A stretch of 64,000 nucleotides of DNA from Eledone cirrhosa. Taxonomy: Eukaryota. The stretch's first letter is position 1, and each line of letters begins with the position of its first letter. The position numbers and the translations under genes were made by a program. The notes under the pieces were generated by a model. The model saw only the letters and a list, made by a program, of their open reading frames with translations, was not told the origin of the DNA and searched no databases. The stretch lies in NCBI GenBank assembly GCA_964016885.1, contig OZ024746.1:100874001-100938000 (forward strand), read 5' to 3'. This document shows, piece after piece, positions 25,801 to 40,800 of the stretch.

Positions 25801-28800
25801 GATAGTTGAAAGTCATTGGAGAGTGGACATAATATAGCGACTGTTGATAGTTGAAAGTCATTGGAGAGTGGACATAATATAGCAACTGTTGATAGTTGAA
25901 AGTAACTGGAGAGTAGACATAATATAGCGACTGTTGATAGTTGAAAGTCATTGGAGAGTGGACATAATATAGCGACTGTTGATAGTTGAAATTAACTGGA
26001 GAGTGGACATAATATCGCAACTGTTGATAGTTGAAAGTCATTGGAGAGTGGACATAATATAGCGACTGTTGATAGTTGAAAGTCATTGGAGAGTGGACAT
26101 AATATAGCAACTGTTGATAGTTGAAAGTAACTGGAGAGTGGACATAATATAGCGACTGTTGATAGTTGAAAGTCATTGGAGAGTGGACATAAGATAGCAA
26201 CTGTTGATAGTTGAAAGTAACTGGAGAGTGGACATAATATAGCGACTGTTGATAGTTGAAAGTCATTGGAGAGTGGACATAATATAGCGACTGTTGATAG
26301 TTGAAAGTAACTGGAGAGTGGACATAATATAGCGACTGTTGATAGTTGAAAGTCATTGGAGAGTGGACATAATATAGCGACTGTTAATAGTTGAAAGTCA
26401 TTGGAGAGTGGACATAATATAGCGACTGTTGATAGTTGAAAGTCATTGGAGAGTGGACATAATATAGCGACTGTTGATAGTTGAAAGTCATTGGAGAGTG
26501 GACATAATATAGCGACTGTTGATAGTTGAAAGTCATTGGAGAGTGGACATAATATAGCGACTGTTGATAGTTGAAAGTCATTGGAGAGTGGACATAATAT
26601 AGCGACTGTTGATAGTTGAAAGTCATTGGAGAGTGGACATAATATAGGGACTGTTGATAGTTGAAAGTCATTGGAGAGTGGACATAATATAGCGACTGTT
26701 GATAGTTGAAAGTCATTGGAGAGTGGACCTAATATAGCGACTGTTGATAGTTGAAAGTCATTGGAGAGTGGACATAATATAGCGACTGTTGATAGTTGAA
26801 AGTCATTGGAGAGTGGACATAATATAGTGACTGTTGATAGTTGAAACTAACTGGAGAGTGGACATAATATAGCGACTGTTGATAGTTGAAAGTAACTGGA
26901 GAGTGGACATAATGTGGCAACTGTTGATAGTTGAAAGTAACTGGAGAGTGGACATAATATAGCGACTGTTGATAGTTGAAAGTCATTGGAAAGTGGACAT
27001 AATGGGGCAACTGTTGATAGTTGAAAGTAACTGGAGAGTGGACATAATGTGGCAACTGTTGATAGTTGAAAGTAACTGGAGAGTGGACATAATATAGTGA
27101 CTGTTGATAGTTGAAACTAACTGGAGAGTGGACATAATATAGCGACTGTTGATAGTTGAAAGTAACTGGAGAGTGGACATAATGTGGCAACTGTTGATAG
27201 TTGAAAGTAACTGGAGAGTCGACATAATGTGGCAACTGTTGATAGTTGAAAGTAACTGGAGAGTGGACATAATGTGGCAACTGTTGATAGTTGAAAGTAA
27301 CTGGAGAGTGGACATAATATAGCGACTGTTGATAGTTGAAAGTAACTGGAGAGTGGACATAATGTGGCAACTGTTGATAGTTGAAAGTAACTGGAGAGTG
27401 GACATAATGTGGCAACTGTTGATAGTTGAAAGTAACTGGAGAGTGGACATAATGTGGCAACTGTTGATAGTTGAAAGTAACTGGAGAGTGGACATAATGT
27501 GGCAACTGTTGATAGTTGAAAGTAACTGGAGAGTGGACATAATATAGCGACTGTTGATAGTTGAAAGTAACTGGAGAGTGGACATAATGTGGCAACTGTT
27601 GATAGTTGAAAGTCATTGGAGAGTGGACATAATATAGCGACTGTTGATAGTTGAAAGTCATTGGAGAGTGGACATAATATAGCGACTGTTGATAGTTGAA
27701 AGTCATTGGAGAGTGGACATAATATAGCGACTGTTGATAGTTGAAAGTCATTGGAGAGTGGACATAATATAGCAACTGTTGATAGTTGAAAGTAACTGGA
27801 GAGTAGACATAATATAGCGACTGTTGATAGTTGAAAGTCATTGGAGAGTGGACATAATATAGCGACTGTTGATAGTTGAAATTAACTGGAGAGTGGACAT
27901 AATATCGCAACTGTTGATAGTTGAAAGTCATTGGAGAGTGGACATAATATAGCGACTGTTGATAGTTGAAAGTCATTGGAGAGTGGACATAATATAGCAA
28001 CTGTTGATAGTTGAAAGTAACTGGAGAGTGGACATAATATAGCGACTGTTGATAGTTGAAAGTCATTGGAGAGTGGACATAAGATAGCAACTGTTGATAG
28101 TTGAAAGTAACTGGAGAGTGGACATAATATAGCGACTGTTGATAGTTGAAAGTCATTGGAGAGTGGACATAATATAGCGACTGTTGATAGTTGAAAGTAA
28201 CTGGAGAGTGGACATAATATAGCGACTGTTGATAGTTGAAAGTCATTGGAGAGTGGACATAATATAGCGACTGTTGATAGTTGAAAGTCATTGGAGAGTG
28301 GACATAATATAGCGACTGTTGATAGTTGAAAGTCATTGGAGAGTGGACATAATATAGCGACTGTTGATAGTTGAAAGTCATTGGAGAGTGGACATAATAT
28401 AGCGACTGTTGATAGTTGAAAGTCATTGGAGAGTGGACATAATATAGCAACTGTTGATAGTTGAAAGTAACTGGAGAGTAGACATAATATAGCGACTGTT
28501 GATAGTTGAAAGTCATTGGAGAGTGGACATAATATAGCGACTGTTGATAGTTGAAATTAACTGGAGAGTGGACATAATATCGCAACTGTTGATAGTTGAA
28601 AGTCATTGGAGAGTGGACATAATATAGCGACTGTTGATAGTTGAAAGTCATTGGAGAGTGGACATAATATAGCAACTGTTGATAGTTGAAAGTAACTGGA
28701 GAGTGGACATAATATAGCGACTGTTGATAGTTGAAAGTCATTGGAGAGTGGACATAAGATAGCAACTGTTGATAGTTGAAAGTAACTGGAGAGTGGACAT

Positions 28801-31800
28801 AATATAGCGACTGTTGATAGTTGAAAGTCATTGGAGAGTGGACATAATATAGCGACTGTTGATAGTTGAAAGTAACTGGAGAGTGGACATAATATAGCGA
28901 CTGTTGATAGTTGAAAGTCATTGGAGAGTGGACATAATATAGCGACTGTTGATAGTTGAAAGTCATTGGAGAGTGGACATAATATAGCGACTGTTGATAG
29001 TTGAAAGTCATTGGAGAGTGGACATAATATAGCGACTGTTGATAGTTGAAAGTCATTGGAGAGTGGACATAATATAGCGACTGTTGATAGTTGAAAGTCA
29101 TTGGAGAGTGGACATAATATAGCGACTGTTGATAGTTGAAAGTCATTGGAGAGTGGACATAATATAGCGACTGTTGATAGTTGAAAGTCATTGGAGAGTG
29201 GACATAATATAGCGACTGTTGATAGTTGAAAGTCATTGGAGAGTGGACATAATATAGCGACTGTTGATAGTTGAAAGTCATTGGAGAGTGGACCTAATAT
29301 AGCGACTGTTGATAGTTGAAAGTCATTGGAGAGTGGACATAATATACCGACTGTTGATAGTTGAAAGTCATTGGAGAGTGGACATAATATAGTGACTGTT
29401 GATAGTTGAAACTAACTGGAGAGTGGACATAATATAGCGACTGTTGATAGTTGAAAGTAACTGGAGAGTGGACATAATGTGGCAACTGTTGATAGTTGAA
29501 AGTAACTGGAGAGTGGACATAATATAGCGACTGTTGATAGTTGAAAGTCATTGGAAAGTGGACATAATGGGGCAACTGTTGATAGTTGAAAGTAACTGGA
29601 GAGTGGACATAATGTGGCAACTGTTGATAGTTGAAAGTAACTGGAGAGTGGACATAATATAGTGACTGTTGATAGTTGAAACTAACTGGAGAGTGGACAT
29701 AATATAGCGACTGTTGATAGTTGAAAGTAACTGGAGAGTGGACCTAATGTGGCAACTGTTGATAGTTGAAAGTAACTGGAGAGTCGACCTAATGTGGCAA
29801 CTGTTGATAGTTGAAAGTAACTGGAGAGTGGACATAATGTGGCAACTGTTGATAGTTGAAAGTAACTGGAGAGTGGACATAATATAGCGACTGTTGATAG
29901 TTGAAAGTAACTGGAGAGTGGACATAATGTGGCAACTGTTGATAGTTGAAAGTAACTGGAGAGTGGACATAATGTGGCAACTGTTGATAGTTGAAAGTAA
30001 CTGGAGAGTGGACATAATGTGGCAACTGTTGATAGTTGAAAGTAACTGGAGAGTGGACATAATGTGGCAACTGTTGATAGTTGAAAGTAACTGGAGAGTG
30101 GACATAATATAGCGACTGTTGATAGTTGAAAGTAACTGGAGAGTGGACATAATGTGGCAACTGTTGATAGTTGAAAGTAACTGGAGAGTGGACATAATGT
30201 GGCAACTGTTGATAGTTGAAAGTAACTGGAGAGTGGACATAACGTGGCAACTGTTGATAGTTGAAAGTAACTGGAGAGTGGACATAATGTGGCAACTGTT
30301 GATAGTTGAAAGTAACTGGAGAGTGGACATAATATAGCGACTGTTGATAGTTGAAAGTCATTGGAGAGTGGACATAATATAGCGACTGTTGATAGTTGAA
30401 AGTCATTGGAGAGTGGACATAATATAGCGACTGTTGATAGTTGAAAGTCATTGGAGAATGGACAATATAGCGACTGTTGATAGTTGAAAGTCATTGGAGA
30501 GTGGACATAATATAGCGACTGTTGATAGTTGAAAGTCATTGGAGAGTGGACATAATATAGCGACTGTTGATAGTTGAAAGTCATTGGAGAGTGGACATAA
30601 TATAGCGACTGTTGATAGTTGAAAGTCATTGGAGAGTGGACATAATATAGCGACTGTTGATAGTTGAAAGTCATTGGAGAGTGGACATAATATAGCGACT
30701 GTTGATAGTTGAAAGTCATTGGAGAGTGGACATAATATAGCGACTGTTGATAGTTGAAAGTCATTGGAGAGTGGACATAATATAGCAACTGTTGATAGTT
30801 GAAAGTAACTGGAGAGTAGACATAATATAGCGACTGTTGATAGTTGAAAGTCATTGGAGAGTGGACATAATATAGCGACTGTTGATAGTTGAAATTAACT
30901 GGAGAGTGGACATAATATCGCAACTGTTGATAGTTGAAAGTCATTGGAGAGTGGACATAATATAGCGACTGTTGATAGTTGAAAGTAACTGGAGAGTGGA
31001 CATAATATAGCGACTGTTGATAGTTGAAAGTCATTGGAGAGTGGACATAATATAGCGACTGTTGATAGTTGAAAGTCATTGGAGAGTGGACATAATATAG
31101 CGACTGTTGATAGTTGAAAGTCATTGGAGAGTGGACATAATATAGCGACTGTTGATAGTTGAAAGTCATTGGAGAGTGGACATAATATAGCGACTGTTGA
31201 TAGTTGAAAGTCATTGGAGAGTGGACATAATATAGCGACTGTTGATAGTTGAAAGTCATTGGAGAGTGGACCTAATATAGCGACTGTTGATAGTTGAAAG
31301 TCATTGGAGAGTGGACATAATATAGCGACTGTTGATAGTTGAAAGTCATTGGAGAGTGGACATAATATAGTGACTGTTGATAGTTGAAACTAACTGGAGA
31401 GTGGACATAATATAGCGACTGTTGATAGTTCAAAGTAACTGGAGAGTGGACATAATGTGGCAACTGTTGATAGTTGAAAGTAACTGGAGAGTGGACATAA
31501 TATAGCGACTGTTGATAGTTGAAAGTCATTGGAAAGTGGACATAATGGGGCAACTGTTGATAGTTGAAAGTAACTGGAGAGTGGACATAATGTGGCAACT
31601 GTTGATAGTTGAAAGTAACTGGAGAGTGGACATAATATAGTGACTGTTGATAGTTGAAACTAACTGGAGAGTGGACATAATATAGCGACTGTTGATAGTT
31701 GAAAGTAACTGGAGAGTGGACATAATGTGGCAACTGTTGATAGTTGAAAGTAACTGGAGAGTCGACATAATGTGGCAACTGTTGATAGTTGAAAGTAACT

Positions 31801-34800
31801 GGAGAGTGGACATAATGTGGCAACTGTTGATAGTTGAAAGTAACTGGAGAGTGGACATAATATAGCGACTGTTGATAGTTGAAAGTAACTGGAGAGTGGA
31901 CATAATGTGGCAACTGTTGATAGTTGAAAGTAACTGGAGAGTGGACATAATGTGGCAACTGTTGATAGTTGAAAGTAACTGGAGAGTGGACATAATGTGG
32001 CAACTGTTGATAGTTGAAAGTAACTGGAGAGTGGACATAATGTGGCAACTGTTGATAGTTGAAAGTAACTGGAGAGTGGACATAATATAGCGACTGTTGA
32101 TAGTTGAAAGTAACTGGAGAGTGGACATAATGTGGCAACTGTTGATAGTTGAAAGTCATTGGAGAGTGGACATAATATAGCGACTGTTGATAGTTGAAAG
32201 TCATTGGAGAGTGGACATAATATAGCGACTGTTGATAGTTGAAAGTCATTGGAGAGTGGACATAATATAGCGACTGTTGATAGTTGAAAGTCATTGGAGA
32301 GTGGACATAATATAGCAACTGTTGATAGTTGAAAGTAACTGGAGAGTAGACATAATATAGCGACTGTTGATAGTTGAAAGTCATTGGAGAGTGGACATAA
32401 TATAGCGACTGTTGATAGTTGAAATTAACTGGAGAGTGGACATAATATCGCAACTGTTGATAGTTGAAAGTCATTGGAGAGTGGACATAATATAGCGACT
32501 GTTGATAGTTGAAAGTCATTGGAGAGTGGACATAATATAGCAACTGTTGATAGTTGAAAGTAACTGGAGAGTGGACATAATATAGCGACTGTTGATAGTT
32601 GAAAGTCATTGGAGAGTGGACATAAGATAGCAACTGTTGATAGTTGAAAGTAACTGGAGAGTGGACATAATATAGCGACTGTTGATAGTTGAAAGTCATT
32701 GGAGAGTGGACATAATATAGCGACTGTTGATAGTTGAAAGTAACTGGAGAGTGGACATAATATAGCGACTGTTGATAGTTGAAAGTCATTGGAGAGTGGA
32801 CATAATATAGCGACTGTTGATAGTTGAAAGTCATTGGAGAGTGGACATAATATAGCGACTGTTGATAGTTGAAAGTCATTGGAGAGTGGACATAATATAG
32901 CGACTGTTGATAGTTGAAAGTCATTGGAGAGTGGACATAATATAGCGACTGTTGATAGTTGAAAGTCATTGGAGAGTGGACATAATATAGCAACTGTTGA
33001 TAGTTGAAAGTAACTGGAGAGTAGACATAATATAGCGACTGTTGATAGTTGAAAGTCATTGGAGTGTGGACATAATATAGCGACTGTTGATAGTTGAAAT
33101 TAACTGGAGAGTGGACATAATATCGCAACTGTTGATAGTTGAAAGTCATTGGAGAGTGGACATAATATAGCGACTGTTGATAGTTGAAAGTCATTGGAGA
33201 GTGGACATAATATAGCAACTGTTGATAGTTGAAAGTAACTGGAGAGTGGACATAATATAGCGACTGTTGATAGTTGAAAGTCATTGGAGAGTGGACATAA
33301 GATAGCAACTGTTGATAGTTGAAAGTAACTGGAGAGTGGACATAATATAGCGACTGTTGATAGTTGAAAGTCATTGGAGAGTGGACATAATATAGCGACT
33401 GTTGATAGTTGAAAGTAACTGGAGAGTGGACATAATATAGCGACTGTTGATAGTTGAAAGTCATTGGAGAGTGGACATAATATAGCGACTGTTGATAGTT
33501 GAAAGTCATTGGAGAGTGGACATAATATAGCGACTGTTGATAGTTGAAAGTCATTGGAGAGTGGACATAATATAGCGACTGTTGATAGTTGAAAGTCATT
33601 GGAGAGTGGACATAATATAGCGACTGTTGATAGTTGAAAGTCATTGGAGAGTGGACATAATATAGCGACTGTTGATAGTTGAAAGTCATTGGAGAGTGGA
33701 CATAATATAGCGACTGTTGATAGTTGAAAGTCATTGGAGAGTGGACATAATATAGCGACTGTTGATAGTTGAAAGTCATTGGAGAGTGGACATAATATAG
33801 CGACTGTTGATAGTTGAAAGTCATTGGAGAGTGGACCTAATATAGCGACTGTTGATAGTTGAAAGTCATTGGAGAGTGGACATAATATAGCGACTGTTGA
33901 TAGTTGAAAGTCATTGGAGAGTGGACATAATATAGTGACTGTTGATAGTTGAAACTAACTGGAGAGTGGACATAATATAGCGACTGTTGATAGTTGAAAG
34001 TAACTGGAGAGTGGACATAATGTGGCAACTGTTGATAGTTGAAAGTAACTGGAGAGTGGACATAATATAGCGACTGTTGATAGTTGAAAGTCATTGGAAA
34101 GTGGACATAATGGGGCAACTGTTGATAGTTGAAAGTAACTGGAGAGTGGACATAATGTGGCAACTGTTGATAGTTGAAAGTAACTGGAGAGTGGACATAA
34201 TATAGTGACTGTTGATAGTTGAAACTAACTGGAGAGTGGACATAATATAGCGACTGTTGATAGTTGAAAGTAACTGGAGAGTGGACATAATGTGGCAACT
34301 GTTGATAGTTGAAAGTAACTGGAGAGTCGACCTAATGTGGCAACTGTTGATAGTTGAAAGTAACTGGAGAGTGGACATAATGTGGCAACTGTTGATAGTT
34401 GAAAGTAACTGGAGAGTGGACATAATATAGCGACTGTTGATAGTTGAAAGTAACTGGAGAGTGGACATAATGTGGCAACTGTTGATAGTTGAAAGTAACT
34501 GGAGAGTGGACATAATGTGGCAACTGTTGATAGTTGAAAGTAACTGGAGAGTGGACATAATGTGGCAACTGTTGATAGTTGAAAGTAACTGGAGAGTGGA
34601 CATAATGTGGCAACTGTTGATAGTTGAAAGTAACTGGAGAGTGGACATAATATAGCGACTGTTGATAGTTGAAAGTAACTGGAGAGTGGACATAATGTGG
34701 CAACTGTTGATAGTTGAAAGTAACTGGAGAGTGGACATAATGTGGCAACTGTTGATAGTTGAAAGTAACTGGAGAGTGGACATAATGTGGCAACTGTTGA

Positions 34801-37800
34801 TAGTTGAAAGTAACTGGAGAGTGGACATAATGTGGCAACTGTTGATAGTTGAAAGTAACTGGAGAGTGGACATAATGTGGCAACTGTTGATAGTTGAAAG
34901 TAACTGGAGAGTGGACATAATATAGCGACTGTTGATAGTTGAAAGTAACTGGAGAGTGGACATAATGTGGCAACTGTTGATAGTTGAAAGTAACTGGAGA
35001 GTGGACATAATGTGGCAACTGTTGATAGTTGAAAGTAACTGGAGAGTGGACATAATGTGGCAACTGTTGATAGTTGAAAGTAACTGGAGAGTTGACATAA
35101 TGTGGCAACTGTTGATAGTTGAAAGTAACTGGAGAGTGGACATAATATAGCGACTGTTGATAGTTGAAAGTAACTGGAGAGTGGACATAATGTGGCAACT
35201 GTTGATAGTTGAAAGTAACTGGAGAGTGGACATAATATAGCGACTGTTGATAGTTGAAAGTCATTGGAGAGTGGACATAATATAGCGACTGTTGATAGTT
35301 GAAAGTCATTGGAGAGTGGACATAATATAGCGACTGTTGATAGTTGAAAGTCATTGGAGAGTGGACATAATATAGCGACTGTTGATAGTTGAAAGTCATT
35401 GGAGAGTGGACATAATATAGCGACTGTTGATAGTTGAAAGTCATTGGAGAATGGACATAATATAGCGACTGTTGATAGTTGAAAGTCATTGGAGAGTGGA
35501 CATAATATAGCGACTGTTGATAGTTGAAAGTCATTGGAGAGTGGACATAATATAGCGACTGTTGATAGTTGAAAGTCATTGGAGAGTGGACATAATATAG
35601 CGACTGTTGATAGTTGAAAGTCATTGGAGAGTGGACATAATATAGCGACTGTTGATAGTTGAAAGTCATTGGAGAGTGGACATAATATAGCGACTGTTGA
35701 TAGTTGAAAGTCATTGGAGAGTGGACATAATATAGCGACTGTTGATAGTTGAAAGTCATTGGAGAGTGGACATAATATAGCAACTGTTGATAGTTGAAAG
35801 TAACTGGAGAGTAGACATAATATAGCGACTGTTGATAGTTGAAAGTCATTGGAGAGTGGACATAATATAGCGACTGTTGATAGTTGAAATTAACTGGAGA
35901 GTGGACATAATATCGCAACTGTTGATAGTTGAAAGTCATTGGAGAGTGGACATAATATAGCGACTGTTGATAGTTGAAAGTCATTGGAGAGTGGACATAA
36001 TATAGCAACTGTTGATAGTTGAAAGTAACTGGAGAGTGGACATAATATAGCGACTGTTGATAGTTGAAAGTCATTGGAGAGTGGACATAAGATAGCAACT
36101 GTTGATAGTTGAAAGTAACTGGAGAGTGGACATAATATAGCGACTGTTGATAGTTGAAAGTCATTGGAGAGTGGACATAATATAGCGACTGTTGATAGTT
36201 GAAAGTAACTGGAGAGTGGACATAATATAGCGACTGTTGATAGTTGAAAGTCATTGGAGAGTGGACATAATATAGCGACTGTTGATAGTTGAAAGTCATT
36301 GGAGAGTGGACATAATATAGCGACTGTTGATAGTTGAAAGTCATTGGAGAGTGGACATAATATAGCGACTGTTGATAGTTGAAAGTCATTGGAGAGTGGA
36401 CATAATATAGCGACTGTTGATAGTTGAAAGTCATTGGAGAGTGGACATAATGTGGCAACTGTTGATAGTTGAAAGTAACTGGAGAGTGGACATAATATAG
36501 CGACTGTTGATAGTTGAAAGTCATTGGAAAGTGGACATAATGGGGCAACTGTTGATAGTTGAAAGTAACTGGAGAGTGGACATAATGTGGCAACTGTTGA
36601 TAGTTGAAAGTAACTGGAGAGTCGACATAATGTGGCAACTGTTGATAGTTGAAAGTAACTGGAGAGTGGACATAATGTGGCAACTGTTGATAGTTGAAAG
36701 TAACTGGAGAGTGGACATAATATAGTGACTGTTGATAGTTGAAACTAACTGGAGAGTGGACATAATATAGCGACTGTTGATAGTTGAAAGTAACTGGAGA
36801 GTGGACATAATGTGGCAACTGTTGATAGTTGAAAGTAACTGGAGAGTCGACATAATGTGGCAACTGTTGATAGTTGAAAGTAACTGGAGAGTGGACATAA
36901 TGTGGCAACTGTTGATAGTTGAAAGTAACTGGAGAGTGGACATAATATAGCGACTGTTGATAGTTGAAAGTAACTGGAGAGTGGACATAATGTGGCAACT
37001 GTTGATAGTTGAAAGTAACTGGAGAGTGGACATAATGTGGCAACTGTTGATAGTTGAAAGTAACTGGAGAGTGGACATAATGTGGCAACTGTTGATAGTT
37101 GAAAGTAACTGGAGAGTGGACATAATATAGCGACTGTTGATAGTTGAAAGTAACTGGAGAGTGGACATAATGTGGCAACTGTTGATAGTTGAAAGTCATT
37201 GGAGAGTGGACATAATATAGCGACTGTTGATAGTTGAAAGTCATTGGAGAGTGGACATAATATAGCGACTGTTGATAGTTGAAAGTCATTGGAGAGTGGA
37301 CATAATATAGCGACTGTTGATAGTTGAAAGTCATTGGAGAGTGGACATAATATAGCAACTGTTGATAGTTGAAAGTAACTGGAGAGTAGACATAATATAG
37401 CGACTGTTGATAGTTGAAAGTCATTGGAGAGTGGACATAATATAGCGACTGTTGATAGTTGAAATTAACTGGAGAGTGGACATAATATCGCAACTGTTGA
37501 TAGTTGAAAGTCATTGGAGAGTGGACATAATATAGCGACTGTTGATAGTTGAAAGTCATTGGAGAGTGGACATAATATAGCAACTGTTGATAGTTGAAAG
37601 TAACTGGAGAGTGGACATAATATAGCGACTGTTGATAGTTGAAAGTCATTGGAGAGTGGACATAAGATAGCAACTGTTGATAGTTGAAAGTAACTGGAGA
37701 GTGGACATAATATAGCGACTGTTGATAGTTGAAAGTCATTGGAGAGTGGACATAATATAGCGACTGTTGATAGTTGAAAGTAACTGGAGAGTGGACATAA

Positions 37801-40800
37801 TATAGCGACTGTTGATAGTTGAAAGTCATTGGAGAGTGGACATAATATAGCGACTGTTGATAGTTGAAAGTCATTGGAGAGTGGACATAATATAGCGACT
37901 GTTGATAGTTGAAAGTCATTGGAGAGTGGACATAATATAGTGACTGTTGATAGTTGAAAGTCATTGGAGAGTGGACATAATATAGCGACTGTTGATAGTT
38001 GAAAGTCATTGGAGAGTGGACATAATATAGCAACTGTTGATAGTTGAAAGTAACTGGAGAGTAGACATAATATAGCGACTGTTGATAGTTGAAAGTCATT
38101 GGAGAGTGGACATAATATAGCGACTGTTGATAGTTGAAATTAACTGGAGAGTGGACATAATATCGCAACTGTTGATAGTTGAAAGTCATTGGAGAGTGGA
38201 CATAATATAGCGACTGTTGATAGTTGAAAGTCATTGGAGAGTGGACATAATATAGCAACTGTTGATAGTTGAAAGTAACTGGAGAGTGGACATAATATAG
38301 CGACTGTTGATAGTTGAAAGTCATTGGAGAGTGGACATAAGATAGCAACTGTTGATAGTTGAAAGTAACTGGAGAGTGGACATAATATAGCGACTGTTGA
38401 TAGTTGAAAGTCATTGGAGAGTGGACATAATATAGCGACTGTTGATAGTTGAAAGTAACTGGAGAGTGGACATAATATAGCGACTGTTGATAGTTGAAAG
38501 TCATTGGAGAGTGGACATAATATAGCGACTGTTGATAGTTGAAAGTCATTGGAGAGTGGACATAATATAGCGACTGTTGATAGTTGAAAGTCATTGGAGA
38601 GTGGACATAATATAGCGACTGTTGATATTTGAAAGTAACTGGAGAGTGGACATAATGTGGCAACTGTTGATAGTTGAAAGTAACTGGAGAGTGGACATAA
38701 TATAGCGACTGTTGATAGTTGAAAGTCATTGGAGAGTGGACATAATATAGCGACTGTTGATAGTTGAAAGTCATTGGAGAGTGGACATAATATAGCGACT
38801 GTTGATAGTTGAAAGTCATTGGAGAGTGGACATAATATAGCGACTGTTGATAGTTGAAAGTCATTGGAGAGTGGACATAATATAGTGACTGTTGATAGTT
38901 GAAACTAACTGGAGAGTGGACATAATATAGCGACTGTTGATAGTTGAAAGTAACTGGAGAGTGGACATAATGTGGCAACTGTTGATAGTTGAAACTAACT
39001 GGAGAGTGGACATAATATAGCGACTGTTGATAGTTGAAAGTAACTGGAGAGTGGACATAATGTGGCAACTGTTGATAGTTGAAAGTAACTGGAGAGTGGA
39101 CATAATATAGCGACTGTTGATAGTTGAAAGTCATTGGAAAGTGGACATAATGGGGCAACTGTTGATAGTTGAAAGTAACTGGAGAGTGGACATAATGTGG
39201 CAACTGTTGATAGTTGAAAGTAACTGGAGAGTGGACATAATATAGTGACTGTTGATAGTTGAAATTAACTGGAGAGTGGACATAATATAGCGACTGTTGA
39301 TAGTTGAAAGTAACTGGAGAGTGGACATAATGTGGCAACTGTTGATAGTTGAAAGTAACTGGAGAGTCGACCTAATGTGGCAACTGTTGATAGTTAAAAG
39401 TAACTGGAGAGTGGACATAATGTGGCAACTGTTGATAGTTGAAAGTAACTGGAGAGTGGACATAATATAGCGACTGTTGATAGTTGAAAGTAACTGGAGA
39501 GTGGACATAATGTGGCAACTGTTGATAGTTGAAAGTAACTGGAGAGTGGACATAATGTGGCAACTGTTGATAGTTGAAAGTAACTGGAGAGTGGACATAA
39601 TGTGGCAACTGTTGATAGTTGAAAGTAACTGGAGAGTGGACATAATGTGGCAACTGTTGATAGTTGAAAGTAACTGGAGAGTGGACATAATATAGCGACT
39701 GTTGATAGTTGAAAGTAACTGGAGAGTGGACATAATGTGGCAACTGTTGATAGTTGAAAGTAACTGGAGAGTGGACATAATGTGGCAACTGTTGATAGTT
39801 GAAAGTAACTGGAGAGTGGACATAATGTGGCAACTGTTGATAGTTGAAAGTAACTGGAGAGTGGACATAATGTGGCAACTGTTGATAGTTGAAAGTAACT
39901 GGAGAGTGGACATAATGTGGCAACTGTTGATAGTTGAAAGTAACTGGAGAGTGGACATAATATAGCGACTGTTGATAGTTGAAAGTAACTGGAGAGTGGA
40001 CATAATGTGGCAACTGTTGATAGTTGAAAGTAACTGGAGAGTGGACATAATGTGGCAACTGTTGATAGTTGAAAGTAACTGGAGAGTGGACATAATGTGG
40101 CAACTGTTGATAGTTGAAAGTAACTGGAGAGTTGACATAATGTGGCAACTGTTGATAGTTGAAAGTAACTGGAGAGTGGACATAATATAGCGACTGTTGA
40201 TAGTTGAAAGTAACTGGAGAGTGGACATAATGTGGCAACTGTTGATAGTTGAAAGTAACTGGAGAGTGGACATAATATAGCGACTGTTGATAGTTGAAAG
40301 TCATTGGAGAGTGGACATAATATAGCGACTGTTGATAGTTGAAAGTCGTTGGAGAGTGGACATAATATAGCGACTGTTGATAGTTGAAAGTCATTGGAGA
40401 GTGGACATAATATAGCGACTGTTGATAGTTGAAAGTCATTGGAGAATGGACATAATATAGCGACTGTTGATAGTTGAAAGTCATTGGAGAGTGGACATAA
40501 TATAGCGACTGTTGATAGTTGAAAGTCATTGGAGAGTGGACATAATATAGCGACTGTTGATAGTTGAAAGTCATTGGAGAGTGGACATAATATAGCGACT
40601 GTTGATAGTTGAAAGTCATTGGAGAGTGGACATAATATAGCGACTGTTGATAGTTGAAAGTCATTGGAGAGTGGACATAATATAGCAACTGTTGATAGTT
40701 GAAAGTAACTGGAGAGTGTACATAATATAGCGACTGTTGATAGTTGAAAGTCATTGGAGAGTGGACATAATATAGCGACTGTTGATAGTTGAAAGTCATT

